Assembly: GCA_002633005.1 (NCBI GenBank)
Contig: NMRA01000218.1
Location: 436,658 to 500,657 of the forward strand
DNA length: 64,000 nt
Direction of reading: 5' to 3'
DNA from: Phoronis australis
Taxonomy: Eukaryota > Animalia > Phoronida
Under the pieces are notes generated by a model that ran no database searches, was not told the DNA's origin, and was given only the letters and a program-made list of their open reading frames with translations. A program made the translations under genes and the position numbers. Below are positions 12,351 to 27,100 of the stretch, in pieces. Numbering within the stretch: the stretch's first letter is position 1; each line of letters begins with the position of its first letter.

Positions 12351-13773
12351 AGTTTCGACTTTTCTCGAAGAGTGTGAGGAATGACTGTTTCATGAAAATA
12401 TGCTAAGACTAAAATTCTAGTGAAAGTCNTTTTCCATACCCCGCCGTTTACCTTAAACACCGGGGTTAGAACCAATTTTATTTAGTGGGAATGTTCATAG
12501 CATGTGTCGAATTCATTGTAATCGAACCGGATGATCACATTCGGCAAACAGGACCTTAAGTAGTGATTTATGTACGACATCAGTTCATTAGACAACAACA
12601 GAACCTGTTGTCTTTCTGGTAACTGCTGTATCTACTTGTATCCTAGATTCGGATATTATGGCACGGACCTGGCAATCGGTGTACTGTATTCATTTACTAT
12701 AGTGCCAAGTACAATTAATTCAAACAGTTATGGGTATAAGATTTGTAAGAAAGATTGGTACCCAGCCCAGTTGGGCTTTTTAGTCACTATTACTACAAAA
12801 CTATGCCTTAGGACTTTGTGTTGAACGCTTAGCACGAGAACAGGAAAGTTAAGAACAGAGCCTCGATGATGACACAGTGAACATGTATGTTGAGACATCT
12901 TTTCCTAACAGTAGAGTTATCGGGCAGAAAAGATTCATTTAAACGACGGGTATGGATAGCGAATTTAATTTTTATCTTGCAAATTTTGTGGTGGTACAAA
13001 ATTGTTATTTACCTTTCCCCCATAGTTGCCTGAATTGTTTCGAATATTCTGAATAGCACTCAAAATATTTAGAATGGCCCCAGTTGAGTACTTACATCAT
13101 AGATATTAGTAAAGAGATTCGCGACTCCGTGAAGTCTCGCGGCCTAACGCAAAAGTACGTGAGCAGGATTAAAAACTTCCGGTCTCATGGCTAAGCATAG
13201 TAACGAAGGTGAACTTTGGTTTTTATTTCACGCACGTCAAGCAAATTTTTGAGTTTGAAATTAATTTGTTGTGTTTAATGCAAACTAAATCGCGTATGTG
13301 AGCCATTCAAGTCGGATTATTGGTACGAAACGTGTCGGAATTAACTTGACAAGTTGTTGATCGGCCCGCTTGCTGGCACAGTTCAAGTTCAACACACGAA
13401 TCGAGGAGTTTGGCCCAATGAAAAAAAAGGTTGAGCTAAATGGATAATTCTTTTCACCAGTTGAATTCTCAGTCATTTACGATGAAATTTAGTTTGCATT
13501 TAGTGGTTTTGTATGAATTTTGGACCGACCTTTATGCAGTTTGTCATTCGTCACTATGTTTACAATACAGCTGGTTTACCAATATATCCAAAATTCAGCA
13601 AGAGCGAAATTTTGCCATTTTTCATGATTTTCAGAAGCTCATATTTATTATAAGCATGATGAAAAGTGGTGGAAAATGTAAAGTATGCCATCGAAATATT
13701 TAAACTTTCTTCTTTATTTGATATCCGTTTCAACAAATGGGGGCATTCATGAATGTTGTCGTAATAGCCGAGA

Positions 13774-13850
13774 TTGCCCGACCTCGGGAATCGAACCAGC
13801 GACCCCGATTTAACCGGTGAGCGTGCTAACCATTCAGCTAATAGGCAATT
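13774..13850 (-). repeat. tRNA-derived SINE head or tRNA pseudogene
   Basis: Pol III A box TAGCTGAATGG (13840-13830) and B box GGTTCGATTCC (13797-13787) at tRNA-like spacing. The cloverleaf is not canonical. Confidence 0.55.
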
Positions 13851-16800
13851 GCCCGTTAGCAAGTGGCTAACATAGGCTCATATGTGATTCACCGGAAGCG
13901 CTTTCACAATGTTTTGAAAATCGAAGTACTGCAGCACTTGAGAAGAGGATAAATTTTCAGTTGCTAAATGGCCGTTACTGAACCGATTTTAATGATATGT
14001 ATATCCAGGGGCGGATCCTGGATTTTGTGTTAGGGGGACCAGAGCAGAGTATTAGCCAGGATTCTGTCATTCAGACATTGGCACTCCCGATCTGCCAAAT
14101 GGAATCTTGGGGAATTTTAGGGGGGTGTAGCCCTCTTGGCCCCCCCTCTAAATCTGCTATTGATGTCAAACTGCTAAAAACATCTGCCTTAAGTGTACAC
14201 TTTTATTGTTTTTTTTTGATAAAAGTATGGGAAAATGTAGTTTTTTAAATTTAATGCCTTTTCAATTTCTAACCTGGAAAAATCCTGCAAGTGTACTCTT
14301 CCAAAAAAGGTAAATTCTGTCATTTTCAAGAACCATGCAGACCTTTCCAGGGTTAAAACTGAACTCAAATTTGATTGGTCAAATGGATTAAACAGAACCA
14401 GTCAAAACTTCCCTAACTTACATAAAGTGACCCAAATTGGTGAAATATTTTCATTATAACAGTACAGAATATTTTTAAAATTCAATTTAACTTCAGTTTT
14501 GGGGATAGATTCAGTCTACTTTCTTCAAAAATAATTTTGTTACATGTTTTCTACCTTGTGGTGCTGTGATCAGTTTCATTATTTTGCATTAAAATAATTG
14601 TTTATTCAAGGCTGCAGTACATCAAAACCATTTAGAATACGAGTGTGCTCTTTTTGGATGGTCACTAACACAGCGCCTCTCAATTCTTGTATTATTTGAC
14701 AGGAATGAAATTGATTTAAATTTCATTGAAATTTTATTGTCCAATTTAATTTTGTTTAATTAAAAATGCACATGATCATTTTTATCATGTGGTGCGTAAC
14801 TTAAGATTGTGAAAACATTGATCTCACTTGGGGAAAAAATGAATAATTCATATAACCTCAAAGATTTTTGAATAAATGACGAAACTCTGAAAAAATAGGT
14901 TTCTGGTTTTTGAAATCATTTGTTTCACCAATTTCCTTTTTAGAATTGTTTTGAAATATTTTGGAACAAAAGAAATACTTTCACCGAACCATGGTAATTC
15001 TTGAAGTGTTTTGTCGTTTTAAAAGTGGTTTGGTGACGATATGTTGTTAACCTACATGTAAAGGACTGTATCTTGTTTTAGCAACACAGTAAGCTATGGA
15101 TTACCAAATATAGTTGTCTAAACTTGATATTTTTATGGCCTGAAATCTTTGGGTGCTATTTGCTGAAAAAAAGGCTATTTTTGTGGCTGCAAAAATTAAA
15201 AAACTCGAAAATATATTTCAAAAATATATATAAATGGCTAAAGCTACCATTTGAGATTATTGAAGTGTTTCTGATGAAATTTGTATTTTGCTTTGCTCTG
15301 ACAGTTCTATTTTGTAAAACATAGTATGCAGAGGGTGTTTTTGTATTCGTTCTCAGAAATGTATGCAACACTTTAAGTAATGTTATGTTTTTTTCCTGTT
15401 TGTTGTTGTAAAAATCTCATTGCATATTCGTGTTGCCATTTTTCACTTACCAATTGTAAAGTAATGCAGGGGAATCCCATACCCCTGTTACTTACTCATT
15501 GGAACTGGGAAAATAAAAAAATGAAAAATGTCTATTTTGTGTGTTCTGTGCTATCTGATAACCACTAAAAATAAGGTTGACAGAACACCTTTCATAACCC
15601 GAGTCTTTACCTCTCATGTTCTCTATACTATTTCAAATTTTGTGGTATTTTGTTTCAGTTGGTGGTTTCATTTCATGTTATAACTTTTTTCTTCTGCAGG
15701 CAAAAATATAACACATAAAACTGAATTCCCTTCACTGGATATAAAGTGCAAAAACTTAATTCATAAAAAATATACTATGCAAGTTTCCTTTCGAACATTG
15801 AATATCTGTTGGGGTCACAAAACCCTAAAGAAAATTACAGTGCCAACTGGTCCTTCCAAATTTTGACGTGTTCAATTCAATCGCTGCATGGTTATCTCCA
15901 CTACTCAATAGTGGCACTGATTCTGTTGTGGCAATTAAACATTCACCCTCAGTGCGATACTGAAAATTAGCTCAGTTTTTTGTTAAAAAGCCATAGAAGG
16001 GTCCTGGGGGAAAAGTTCACTTTCACAAAATCACGTTCCAGATACAACTCTTCATTCCATAATACTTTATAGATATTCTATGTATTTGTAACATTTAGAG
16101 GGTGTTCAGAAGCTGAAAGAGAGGAATAGACATTAGGTCTTAATGAGCATGCACACCTTCATAATCATAAGTATCACTTGCCAAGAAACTGGAGAATATG
16201 TCAACTCAGTTGACATGGAGAGTATGATGTGCTGCTATTGAAAATATTGAGTCCTTTTTGATTACATTCACGAAGCCCATTTTGAATGAGCAGCAAACAG
16301 GGTCATGCTGCACTTGTTAACGCGACATTCTTGTTACCCCCTCCATTTGTCAGTTTTTGCAGTATTTCACACCTGCTGTGTACCATTGCATATTTGATTA
16401 GCTTTTACTTTGTAGTGGTATTACTGAGTCATTTTATTTCCACTTGATGAAACAAGTATTTTCGAAAATTCGTTTGTCGTCTCTTGGTCAGTTTCTTTAC
16501 CAATGTTCTGACGATACGAACGGAATGGAATAAAGGTTGTTAACAGCAACAAGTGTAATGTATCGAACCAATTTTGCATCGTCGTGGTTATTGTTACAGC
16601 GAGACAACAGGTGGCACTCCAAGTGATGACCGAAGCCTGATCAACTTCGGGGACCCGGCATCCGAGATGATTCTAGATTAGGGGTCGAAATTATCGATGA
16701 GGATGCATTCTAGCCGATGACGGCACTTGGAGAAACAGTGCACAACAACAGTGTTTCAGGTAATTCCGTAGTCGAAAACTCCTCAGCATACTTGAGGATG

Positions 16801-17030
16801 CTGTCCGTGATGATTAGAATCTAAAATCAAGAAACAATATTTTGTGGTTTTGCTGAAACAATTGGTAAGGAACAGAAATTAAAACTCTAGTGTGACTGCA
16901 ATGCAACTTAATGACAGAACTGTTAAATGTACCACATACCACTGACGTTATTACTTAACGTGTGCCGATAACGTGTACCTACCTTGCTAATCAAATTAAT
17001 TTCCAGGTAACTAACCGTTTTAACTTTCAG

Positions 17031-20000
17031 CGCAAGTTTGCAGCTTTGCTTTTATCCAACCATGCATGTAAGTAAACAATTGACTATTTTTAGAATTTGT
17101 CTTTGGCATTTGCACACACCACATCATTCATAACCATATCTCCATGGTATGGGTTTATTCCCGTTGTGTTGCACATCATAGATAGGTAGATGTCCTACTA
17201 CGATATGTACTCCAACCGAGTGATTGTCAAAAATAGTGCTGTAACGATAACCACCACGGCGACGCCTCTTCAGCAGATCTCATCACTGACTGCATCAAAT
17301 TCTTCCTTGACACTGTGCTGATACTTAGGAACATCATCGACCTCCACATGCTGCTCCCGATGAAACCTCTGCATCCTACTTCGACTGGCATACAAAAACA
17401 CTTTCGGTGTTGCTGACTTCCTTCCTTCTTTCTAGATCCAAAATATGCGCAATCACCTTGAGAATCTTGTCATGTCTTCACTGTATTTGCCTTCTGCCAA
17501 AGCCGACTTACAGGATGACAAAACGTGCTGTAAAGTGCAGCGCTCCCCACAACTGCTGCAAGAATCGTCTTTCCCCATAACTTCAGGTTTGTCGGACTAG
17601 GGAGTACGTCATACACAGAACGCAGGATAAAACTTAATCTGTACTGGTCACATGAAATCAGGTCGTTTGCTATAATGCTGTCCAGGCGCCCTGCTTTCTC
17701 AAACCAACAGCATGAGAATAGCGCTTCTCCTCTTCCTGATGACGTACTTAGTCTAACACCATAGAATGACGCTCTTGCCCTCTAGTTGTTTTCCACCAGT
17801 CTTAAACGGTTTCATGCCAAAGCCTTCACGTTCTCTAGAAACTGCCCCTACTAAATTTTTATGGTGAAGCCTGCTCTCTGCTGATCCTACTTCCTCCTCT
17901 GGACTCCACTTCCTTCCCGCAAAAACGTCAATCTTTACATCACTGATATCATCATCTTTCGAGTCCCTCAGAGTCAGGAAAGTCCTGCACTTAACGACTT
18001 AAAACTCTTCCACAATTATAGATCGTGTAGGTAGGTTTACTGCTGAAGACCTCATGTACAGGCCCAACCTGGTGAAACTTGGCGGTATGCCTAACCACTT
18101 ATTGCGCAACCAGCGGCTAACCAAGCGCTCCATCCTCTCCACTGCTGTAATAGGTAGATCGTACACTGTCAAAGGCCACATGGCCTTTGGGAATAGACCA
18201 AACTGGTAACACCACACCTTAAAGCGGCCAGGTAGTCCACACTTATCGATCTTCTGAAGATTTTCCTGTAAACTTTTTAGCGCTGCTTTTACATGGTCTC
18301 CATCCTTCAATGTGCTGTCATACTCTTTCCCCAGGTACTTCACTGACTTGTCAGACACCGAAGGTATCACATCTTCATCCACCTTAAAAGCGAAATGTGG
18401 GTTAATCTTCCCTCGAACCAACACTAAACTCCTTGATTTTGCTACTTTGAACGCCATACGAGCCCACCTGGCTAGATCACCCAAGGCTTTTAGAATCCGG
18501 CCTGCCCCTAATGCCGACTGACAGCAATTGTTCGCCGTGGTGGAAAAGTAGTTGACTGCATTGAAGGTAAGTTGTTCATCTTTGTTTGTCAGTATTTTAA
18601 AAACATGCATTTGCTGTGTCAACAAGAAAATATTTTTCAAGCATGCCTTTTACTATGATTATTTAGCATTGAGCCAAACACTGCAACTAAATGTGTGGCC
18701 AAAGGGAGTCATCATCTGAAAGCTGGGGTTATGCAAGTTTCCCCTCAAATGATTGTCTCTGGCCATACAACAACTTTTGTTTTATATATCTGAGATCAGA
18801 ATCACTGATGTAATTGTTTGTGAGCCATGTGGCTTTTAAAAGTGTGCTGGAGGACTGGTTTAAAGACAGCACAAGTTATAAGATTACCATTTCTGTGTCA
18901 ATCAGTTCAAAAACAAATTCTGGATATTTGGTTACAACTAGACGAGTTCACCCAATAGTGAAACAAAATTGGTAAAAACAATGTTTCAGTGATGGAGCAT
19001 AAAAGTGGATGACTATAAACAACCAGAAGCAGAGATTAAGTCTTTGACCATGCAGGGATCTTGCTGTGGTTTAATAGACTGGTTACATAATTTGAAGGAT
19101 TGATGCCCTATACTGCCAACTCCATTGATAAACAAAGCTCTTATTGTTGAATTGAGCTTCACTAACTTAAACTCATTCTAATTTTAGACTTGAAGTGGTC
19201 AGTACCATCTAAATGAAAATGAAATGGAAGTGATAGGGAAAGAAAATAAAAATTGCACATTTATTCTGTAGCAATAAGAAATATTAAATTAAAAAGCACA
19301 ACTTTCATAGTATATTAGACTTGTCATGAAATCAGAGGTGTACTTAAGTTAAAAGTTTGTACTAAATAAAACACTTAAATGACATGTGTAAAATAACCTC
19401 ATAAGACTACTCATCTGTGTGACATGAATACTTATAACGTCATCAGCTATTTAAAAAAACATAAAATTTTCAAATTGCCGAATTGGTTCAAAACAAAGCT
19501 ATGGTCTATGCATATTGCTTATTGTGTAACAAAGTCCTTTAAAAAGTTATTGTGCGTATGAGATTGGTGACCAATTTCCTAGCATTAGTGCAGTACATTA
19601 AATAACCAACATGGTTATCCTAGTATTCAAATGACTTCACCTATTCTTGAAAAGCAATTATTTTGATCTTTCAATTTTTTAATACATTTTTTCTCTATAA
19701 CTTTAGTGAAAAGGTACTGCAAAAACACATGCTTCATGTTGTTACTGAACAAACTGCAAAATTTGTCGCATTCACTACAACGGGATATCTTTCACAAGGT
19801 TAATTTTTCCTTTCCAGTGCATTGTGCTCAGCCTGTACTAACTCTGTAATTCACGTATAATCCTGATATTTTTAGCCACAGATATCTCTGATGCTCGACC
19901 TGATGTTGTGCTTCTTCACGGAGGGACGAACAACGTCGCAGCCAATCACCACTTGGGCACCTTGAGGGAGGAGCACCGACGATGGGTGGAGGTGACACGG

Positions 20001-22610
20001 CAGATGTTCGATGGTCCTATTGTTCTGTCTGCCATACTTCCTTGTTGGGATAGGTATTACACAGAAAGCTTACTTTGCCTGAATTATTGCAAGCGATACC
20101 GTGAAGAGGGCACATCCCAAAAATCTTAATAATGGACTCCGAAAATACACTCCGTAATGGAGTGTTTTGGCTCAGTTAAAATTTAAGACTAACAGAACAC
20201 TCGCTTCAGGTTTGAACCTGAGATGTAAATACACAATCTCATTACGAATAAATTTTCTTAATTGGAAAACTACTTGATAAACAAAATTTGTTGACACAAG
20301 GTATACCAGATTTAGAACCTTATTAAAATGTACCATGTTTACAGAGAACGTTAGCAGTGATATAACATTACAAACTTACAAGTTCCGGTTTTATTACCTA
20401 ATGTATGCAAGTCTAACCTGGTTGGCCATAGTGAACTGTCATTATAACAAACAGATTTCATTGTTACGATGTTCCACGCCATAATGAAATAGTAATTGAA
20501 GTGTTTACACGTTCTTCTCAGATTTGCTTCCAAGGTTGCCACCTACAACAACTACTATTTAAGACCGTTGGCAGAGAAGATGGGAACTCATTTCCTCTCT
20601 TATGACAGGCTCTTCTCTCCAGAAAAGATTGAAAAAAGTTCTTGCAAAGTGAGCAATCATATGTAATTCATATGTAATTTGGTTTTTATGTGCCAATAAA
20701 CATTTTATTGGCCGATATGATTGATACTGTGTTCTTATCTTAAAAAATCTCTCCTACCCAAGATATAGTAAAACATATGCTATATGTCACTGAAATGTCA
20801 ATTTCTAGTTAAGGATCTGAACTTGTTTTCTAGAACTTTTCCTACTTTGAACTTGTCTTCATTAACTTTACAGGGACTGTCTCCACCCTTCGCAGGAAGG
20901 GAATTGCGAGATCATGAAATACCTTATTAAGAAAGCATCCGATGTCGTCAGGCCTGAATTGAAGATGTTCTCCGTGGATGACTTTCCGCCACTCACTGAT
21001 GTGTAAGTATATCTTGAAATGCCTTAATTTATTTGGACGCTTCTAAAAAGGCTTTATCAAACACATTATACCTATGACTCTATCCGTTGCTCTTTAAGTT
21101 AATACTTGTTTAAATAGTGCAGCAATTACTGGACTTGTTATTGAATGGCAATGGCGGAGTGTATACAATAATTCTTGCATTTTTAAGCTGATCATGCTCA
21201 CAGATATGGACCTGCAATTAAGCCACTTCATGAATGGAAAAACTCATTAATTAATTGTTTTGCACGTCTGTGATGACTTAACCTTACAATTTCAGTGTCT
21301 TGAGTGACACACCTGGTGGAACTGGTTACAGAGACGCTGTTAATCAACCTTCGCTGCCTAAGCCATCGCCATCACCACCTATTTGTAAGTTTGGAGTCCT
21401 AGAAACGAACATAGTGTTCTGATTCATTTACTAGCCGTCTTGAATGTCCATGCAGGCACAGCACTGACTGTCAGTAACCAGACAGGCTTAAATTGTAAGA
21501 GTTTTACAGATGACAAGTTCGTATCAGGTATTTTTGATTGAGCATTATAACATTTTACAGATGAGGTTCCTTATATCCATCATCATAAGCCAGATGTCTT
21601 TACTCTTTTTGGCAACTCTCAAGCGATAGGGGTAAGTTGCAGGCCTATTGGTGATGTTACCAGAGTTGTTGGTTGTCGAATGCTTATAACTACCTACCTT
21701 AACTGCTACCTCTTCTGGTATTCTGCATGGTATTCTCATCATCATATTAATGTGATGAAAGCAAAGCAATCCTTAAAGCCAGAACAACTTTCATTCATTT
21801 GAAGAACAAAATTCTAGTTCAGTTCATTCATTTGTATGGGTCACATAAGTTGAGGAGCACATCGTCACCATAAACAGTCCTAAACATGTCAAAAATACTG
21901 ATTTGATTGTAAGACTTCAGCCTCTATGTAACTGTGTAAAGAAAAATATTCTCTTTTCATATTTTACTCATATAATAAAAGTATTTCTCATGCCAACACC
22001 ATGGACTGTGATGCGTTTTCAAACACCACCACAGTCTGCATACACATTGGTCCCTCCAGCTTAACAGTTAAGAAGTATCTCAAACGCCGATCCAAACCAA
22101 AACGACAGACCTCCAAGACAGCTGACGGTTGGACTCAGGTCAAACAACGAAGGAGGCATCATAAGCGGCACCGACCGCACCTACATAATATGATGGAAAA
22201 CACGCGTGTCCTTCTGGCAGACGGCCATATCATTGGGGTAAATAAATTAGTAACGAATTGTAAAAGGAATTAAGTTTATTCCACTTGAAAGCCATGCCTA
22301 AAATACAAGCTCTTAAGAAAGTGCTCAAGTATTACTAATTATCTTCAAATTAATATTATTGCAGTTACGAATGACTTTTAACCAATTTAGTCTTCTTGTT
22401 TGAAGAGTGAATCAAATGTTGAACAGCCCACAAAGAGAGCAACACAGTCCACCATCAGCCGACAACAACCACTCACCCTCCTACTTCACCCGTTCCTTGT
22501 TCAGTGACTCGACGGCCTCAAGTTGTTAGCCAGCCGCTGTGTGCAGAGTGCACAACTATGCAATCTGTGGATGAGCTGATAGCACACTTGAAGCAGGAAC
22601 ATGATGTAAG
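17031..22610 (+). pseudogene. Multi-exon SGNH/GDSL esterase-like gene, disrupted
   Basis: GT-AG exons: ~18517-18566 (AIVRRGGKVVDCIE), 19882-20053 (PDVVLLHGGTNN...IVLSAILPCWDR), 20522-20648 (KVATYNNYYLRPLAEKMGTHFL), 20874-21002 (DCLHPSQEG...DFPPL) and 21296-21384. Phases match except for one frameshift, probably in an A-run near 20632. A candidate block-I exon lies at about 17031-17070 and a C2H2 finger at about 22540-22605. Outer limits are uncertain. Confidence 0.7.
17150..18516 (-). mobile_element. 5'-truncated, degenerate non-LTR retrotransposon (Hero-like, RLE-type)
   Basis: RT C-terminus WARMAFKVAKSRSL...VKYLGK...LPGRFKVWCYQ...WLG, then YDVLPSPTNLKLW, a CCHC knuckle CSSC...HVLSSC, RHDKIL, and the RLE tail PVEVGCRGF...AEEAS. 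It has stops, frameshifts and an internal deletion. The 3' boundary is approximate. Confidence 0.85.
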
Positions 22611-24130
22611 CATTGATAGCAACTGAAAACAGTCATTTGGGAGACTCAAAACTACCGTCAGAGGTCCTAAAGTCGCGAGTGCCCTAAAGTCTTGAACGAT
22701 CGTATTTCCTCTTCTGCGCGGTCCTGCGACATCTGGCGTTGAAGTTTACAGCGTTCGTCGGCTTACGAACGTCAAACGAATACCCGGACGTGTTCGTATT
22801 CACAATATGATAACAAACAGTGAGTGAGTGGTTTCTTTTTTCAAATGTATCTTAAAAACAGCATATTTCACTAGTTCACTTTTTGGGCATTTTTGGGATA
22901 TATTTTCGAAAATATTTATCGTTCAGATTTACTCAAACACGCCTCCAGGGGTTGCTTGAACAATGTATCAAAATGTCCCAGGGCCGGTCAAGTTTTGTAA
23001 GGCCAAAACAATAAAATACAGAGCGATAATTGGTGCCGGGCTCTTCGCGTTTTACGTGAACAACCTCATTGAAAACGTCTGTGCACATCAAAGTTGGGTG
23101 CAAAACTTATAACAATTTATTTCAATTGAAACTGAATTAATAAACAATGCAATGCATTTTTATGTTATCTAAAGTAACTGTAAGCACTGTAGTTGACTTA
23201 TGTGGTCATACTTCGTGCATTTCTGTCTAAACGAAACGTTCACAACTTTAGGGCCTCATTCAAAATGGCCAGCGATATCAGCGACAGTTTTAAAACTCTG
23301 CTTACGGATACAAAGAAGGATTAAGGTTGTCAAAACACGTATATTTGTGAAGGCTGATATATGTCCATGACATCACATGAGCAGTTGCAAACGGGCACTG
23401 GATAGTATGACAATCAACTGCTTATTATGCTTATATTCACGACTTTAGGTCACCGGTGTATACTTTCATTTTAGGCCTATGGTTTTCTGTACTATACCAT
23501 GGGAGAGGTTAACACTTGGCATACTCTTTTTTTCAACTCATATGGTGTAAGTTAGAGTAGAAGTTACATTAAGATTTTTGCTTTGCTTTCTTTGTACATC
23601 CAGGTGATTTATGCCTTCTGCTAACTTGTTTCATGAATTTTTACTTCTTATAGCCAGCTGAAGGTATAAAGCTATGAATGGATAGTGGGTTAGCAGCAAC
23701 AGCATTTGTCTTTTGGTGCAGTGACAAGATTGGCGGTAAGTTAACTACAGCAGGTATTATGGACAGGCTAACCTGTGACAAGGCCAATGATGACAGCAAC
23801 ATTGGCTACAGTGATGGCGGTGATGATGGCAACTTGGGAGATGGGAATGACTACGGTAACAACACGGACTTCAGTGTACATGCAGGAGACAAATGTGATG
23901 ACAAGGAAGAGGTATACTTTGATTGTGGTTGTATTAATAACATCTTTCCTTTCAGGCACACTCGCGAACATAATGTTCAAAATGACAATAATAGTCGGCT
24001 TCATGGAGGTGAGTTCAATTGTGATGAAATTCATGAAATAAGTGACAGCGATGAAGACTAAAGCTACACGTTTGTTACCCACATATTAAATAGGGGCGAG
24101 TTAGTTGATTTTGATTTTCCATCTGTTCAG

Positions 24131-27100
24131 TTGTCTTCAAAACTAATTATATGCAATGTTGACAAAAGCTTAATTTATAATCCCACTTCAAGTACTGTAA
24201 TGCCACCAAAAAGGCAAATTGATAATGCCCGTCAGCTATTGCGCAAACACAATTTTGCCAATGCCGTTCAGTTAGACTATGAAACATTCTCAAAAGCAGG
24301 ATTTGAATACTTTGGCAATTTGTTTGAAGCCAAAGGTATATCAGCTAAGGTAACTCACGAAATAACATGGCTAAGTAACAGTGATCAGTATTTGAAAGGT
24401 ATGTTTGTTAAGCCGGTCGGTAAACAACATGTTTTAAGCTTTCAGCAACAACTTCTTACAGGAAAAAATGGTGGCCGCTTTGAGGCACATCCAGACTTGT
24501 TGCTAAAGGATGTGGAAGATCTGCTATGTAATTATTGGTTAAATGATTTACTTATTTCAAAGTTTGCATCAATTCAAAAAATAGCAATACCTTTTGTACA
24601 ATTATTCAACTGTACCACAGACTTAAATGACTTAAAAGCCAGGATTGAAAACCGAGATGGACCTCATCAAAGCAATTTCAACATTGTACTCATACTCCAT
24701 GTAGGCTTAAATGCTGATGTGTCCACATTCCTCAATCAGAATCAAAGTGGAGATATAGCAAATCATTGGGCACTCTCAGTGTACTCATACAAGGACCAAA
24801 CTTTGGTGTATGCAGACACCAATGGTTGGGACATTTCTGACGAGTTTGTTGATAGGTTTCAACTTTTACGTACCATGTTAGGCAAAGGAGTATCTAAAAC
24901 AGTAAAAGTTCATGATCCGAATGGAACTGTTTTCATTCGCAACAAAAGTGCAAAGCATTCTTGCACACATTTGTGTTCTCAATCGTACCCACTTCAAACA
25001 TGCGGCACAGTTTGTGGAGTTGCAGCAACAATTGGAATGGCTCTTGCTACATGTGACAACAGATCATTTTCACAGATTGTCAACGGTTTCAAGGTTGTCA
25101 AGTTAGGCCATATCCGAAACATATCCGAGCAATCCAGCTTATACAGACTAGTTTTGATAAACTGGCTCATGTCAAATGACATCATTATTGACAATTTGTT
25201 TTTAAAGCCAAAACTACAACTTAACAAATTGGGCAAAGGGACAAAAATCACCGAGGGCACTGGTAGATGTAATAATGTACAGGTCGATAAAACTGAAAAC
25301 AGCATGGACACTGATATTTCTTCCAGTACTACTGATATTGCATCCAGTACTACACCTGACAATCAAACAATCACTTGTGAGAAAGCATTTTCAACAACAA
25401 AGTCAAAGTTGCAACTCAATAGATTGGGAAAAGGGGGAATAACTAATGACAAGAACATTAATAGTTCTAATAGTGTGCATCTAAGCACAAACATTGTGGA
25501 TACTAGTGTTACCCCAATGTCAAACGTCCAAGTCAAATTTGGTGAGGAGGTGCATACCTCTAAACAACAAATGATCAGCCAAAGTACAAAGTTTACTAAC
25601 AGCACAGCTAATACAGAAAAGAAGCACCATCATACCAAGTCATCACTTAAAACTACAGAGGACAATTCTGTCTCAAGCCACCATTCAGTTAACCTTGACT
25701 TTACCAATATGTCGTCACTGGTAGCCAGCAATCCTAAAGTGTATGCAGATAGTCAATACCTAAGGTTACAGTGTATACTACCCAATGGAATCAAGGTGTC
25801 CAAACAATTTCACTGTTCTTCAGACCAGAAGAATGATGGTTTAGCCATGCAAAATATTCAAGATTTTTTAAATAGTCAGGCATGTAGGATTTGGCTTACT
25901 TCAAGGATGGCAAAGTCATCTAAGAAACTTGGAAATAAGAACCTGGACTGGCAATATTTGGGTGAAGTACGTATTGGTCCTGAAGCATTGGAATACGTTG
26001 AGTCGTATTTGTTCAACTTAAATCAAGCAGTAAAAGTTGCTGAACCCGATTGCACATCAGCTGTTTACCATAAGGACACACCTAGGACCTCTGTTACTAG
26101 TCATGAAAAATGGGGGAAAAGTAGTCGTGGGAAAGGGGGAAAAACTAACAGACTAGATCAAAAATTTGAGTACACCGGTACATCTGTCAATAAAAATATT
26201 ATTACATGGTATTTGACTTGTGCATCTCAAACCGACCAATGCAGAAGTGATTGTGGCAAATTACTGACAAACTTCAAGACCACAATTGTCAATGATGAGT
26301 GTACTAATTGTCGTTTTCATTTGAAGAGTAATAAAAAGTGTGATAATTGTGGCAAAAAATACTCCAGTAGATGGTACACTGACGACAAAACAAGATGCAG
26401 AACTTGTTATGCATATAAGCAGAAACATTTGACTGACAGGGAATCAGATAAATGCAAAATAGCAGTGAAAGATGCAGTTGAACATGACCATCTTAAATGT
26501 AAGTGGCAACTAAAATTGGTGGTGAACACTAGGAATACTGACATTTATGAAATTTATGCAAGCAGCAAAAATAGTAAATATCACACCAGTCAGCCAGTGG
26601 CACTAAGTAAGAGACCGCCCCTTAGTGTGGATGAGATGAAGCCTTTGACTGAAATTCAGGGAAGTGGTTATGACCCGTACAGACCTATATTACCAAGACC
26701 TGACAAGTCAAAAGAAACATTTTGTGGGAGGAAAACAAAAAGAAAAGCTACAAGAAAAAATTTTATTGAAGTTGCACAATCTGGAAGAAAAGCACTGGGT
26801 AAGGACATAATAGGATCTATACGAACCAAAACTGGTGAGGTGGAAAATGCAATAGACTTGTCTACTTATATACAAGACCCTGTTCCTGTGAAGAAATTCA
26901 AGCCAATAAAAGAAAACCAGTGTTCACAGTACATAGCTTCCAACTTCAGCAATGAAATACTCGAGGAGTTGCAGGTTTGTAACACTTGTATTTTAGAAGG
27001 TGTCAGCAAACCATTTTATTTTACAAATGAGAAATCACTAGAAAGACACATTGAATTTAAGCACAAGAAGAGGAGGTGTGGATACTGTCAACAAAATGGT

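Noticed and set aside
13774-13850. Functional tRNA gene
   Set aside because: A and B boxes are present, but the acceptor and anticodon stems do not pair canonically.
22653-23460. Possible TIR element (CCTAAAGTCG / CGACTTTAGG repeats)
   Set aside because: Inverted motifs exist, but the termini and TSD could not be fixed.
24500-25050. Transposon protease captured from the neighbouring SENP6/7 gene
   Set aside because: The catalytic motifs differ (PLQTCGTVCG vs [10 protein letters not shown]) and I see no nucleotide similarity. Proximity looks coincidental.
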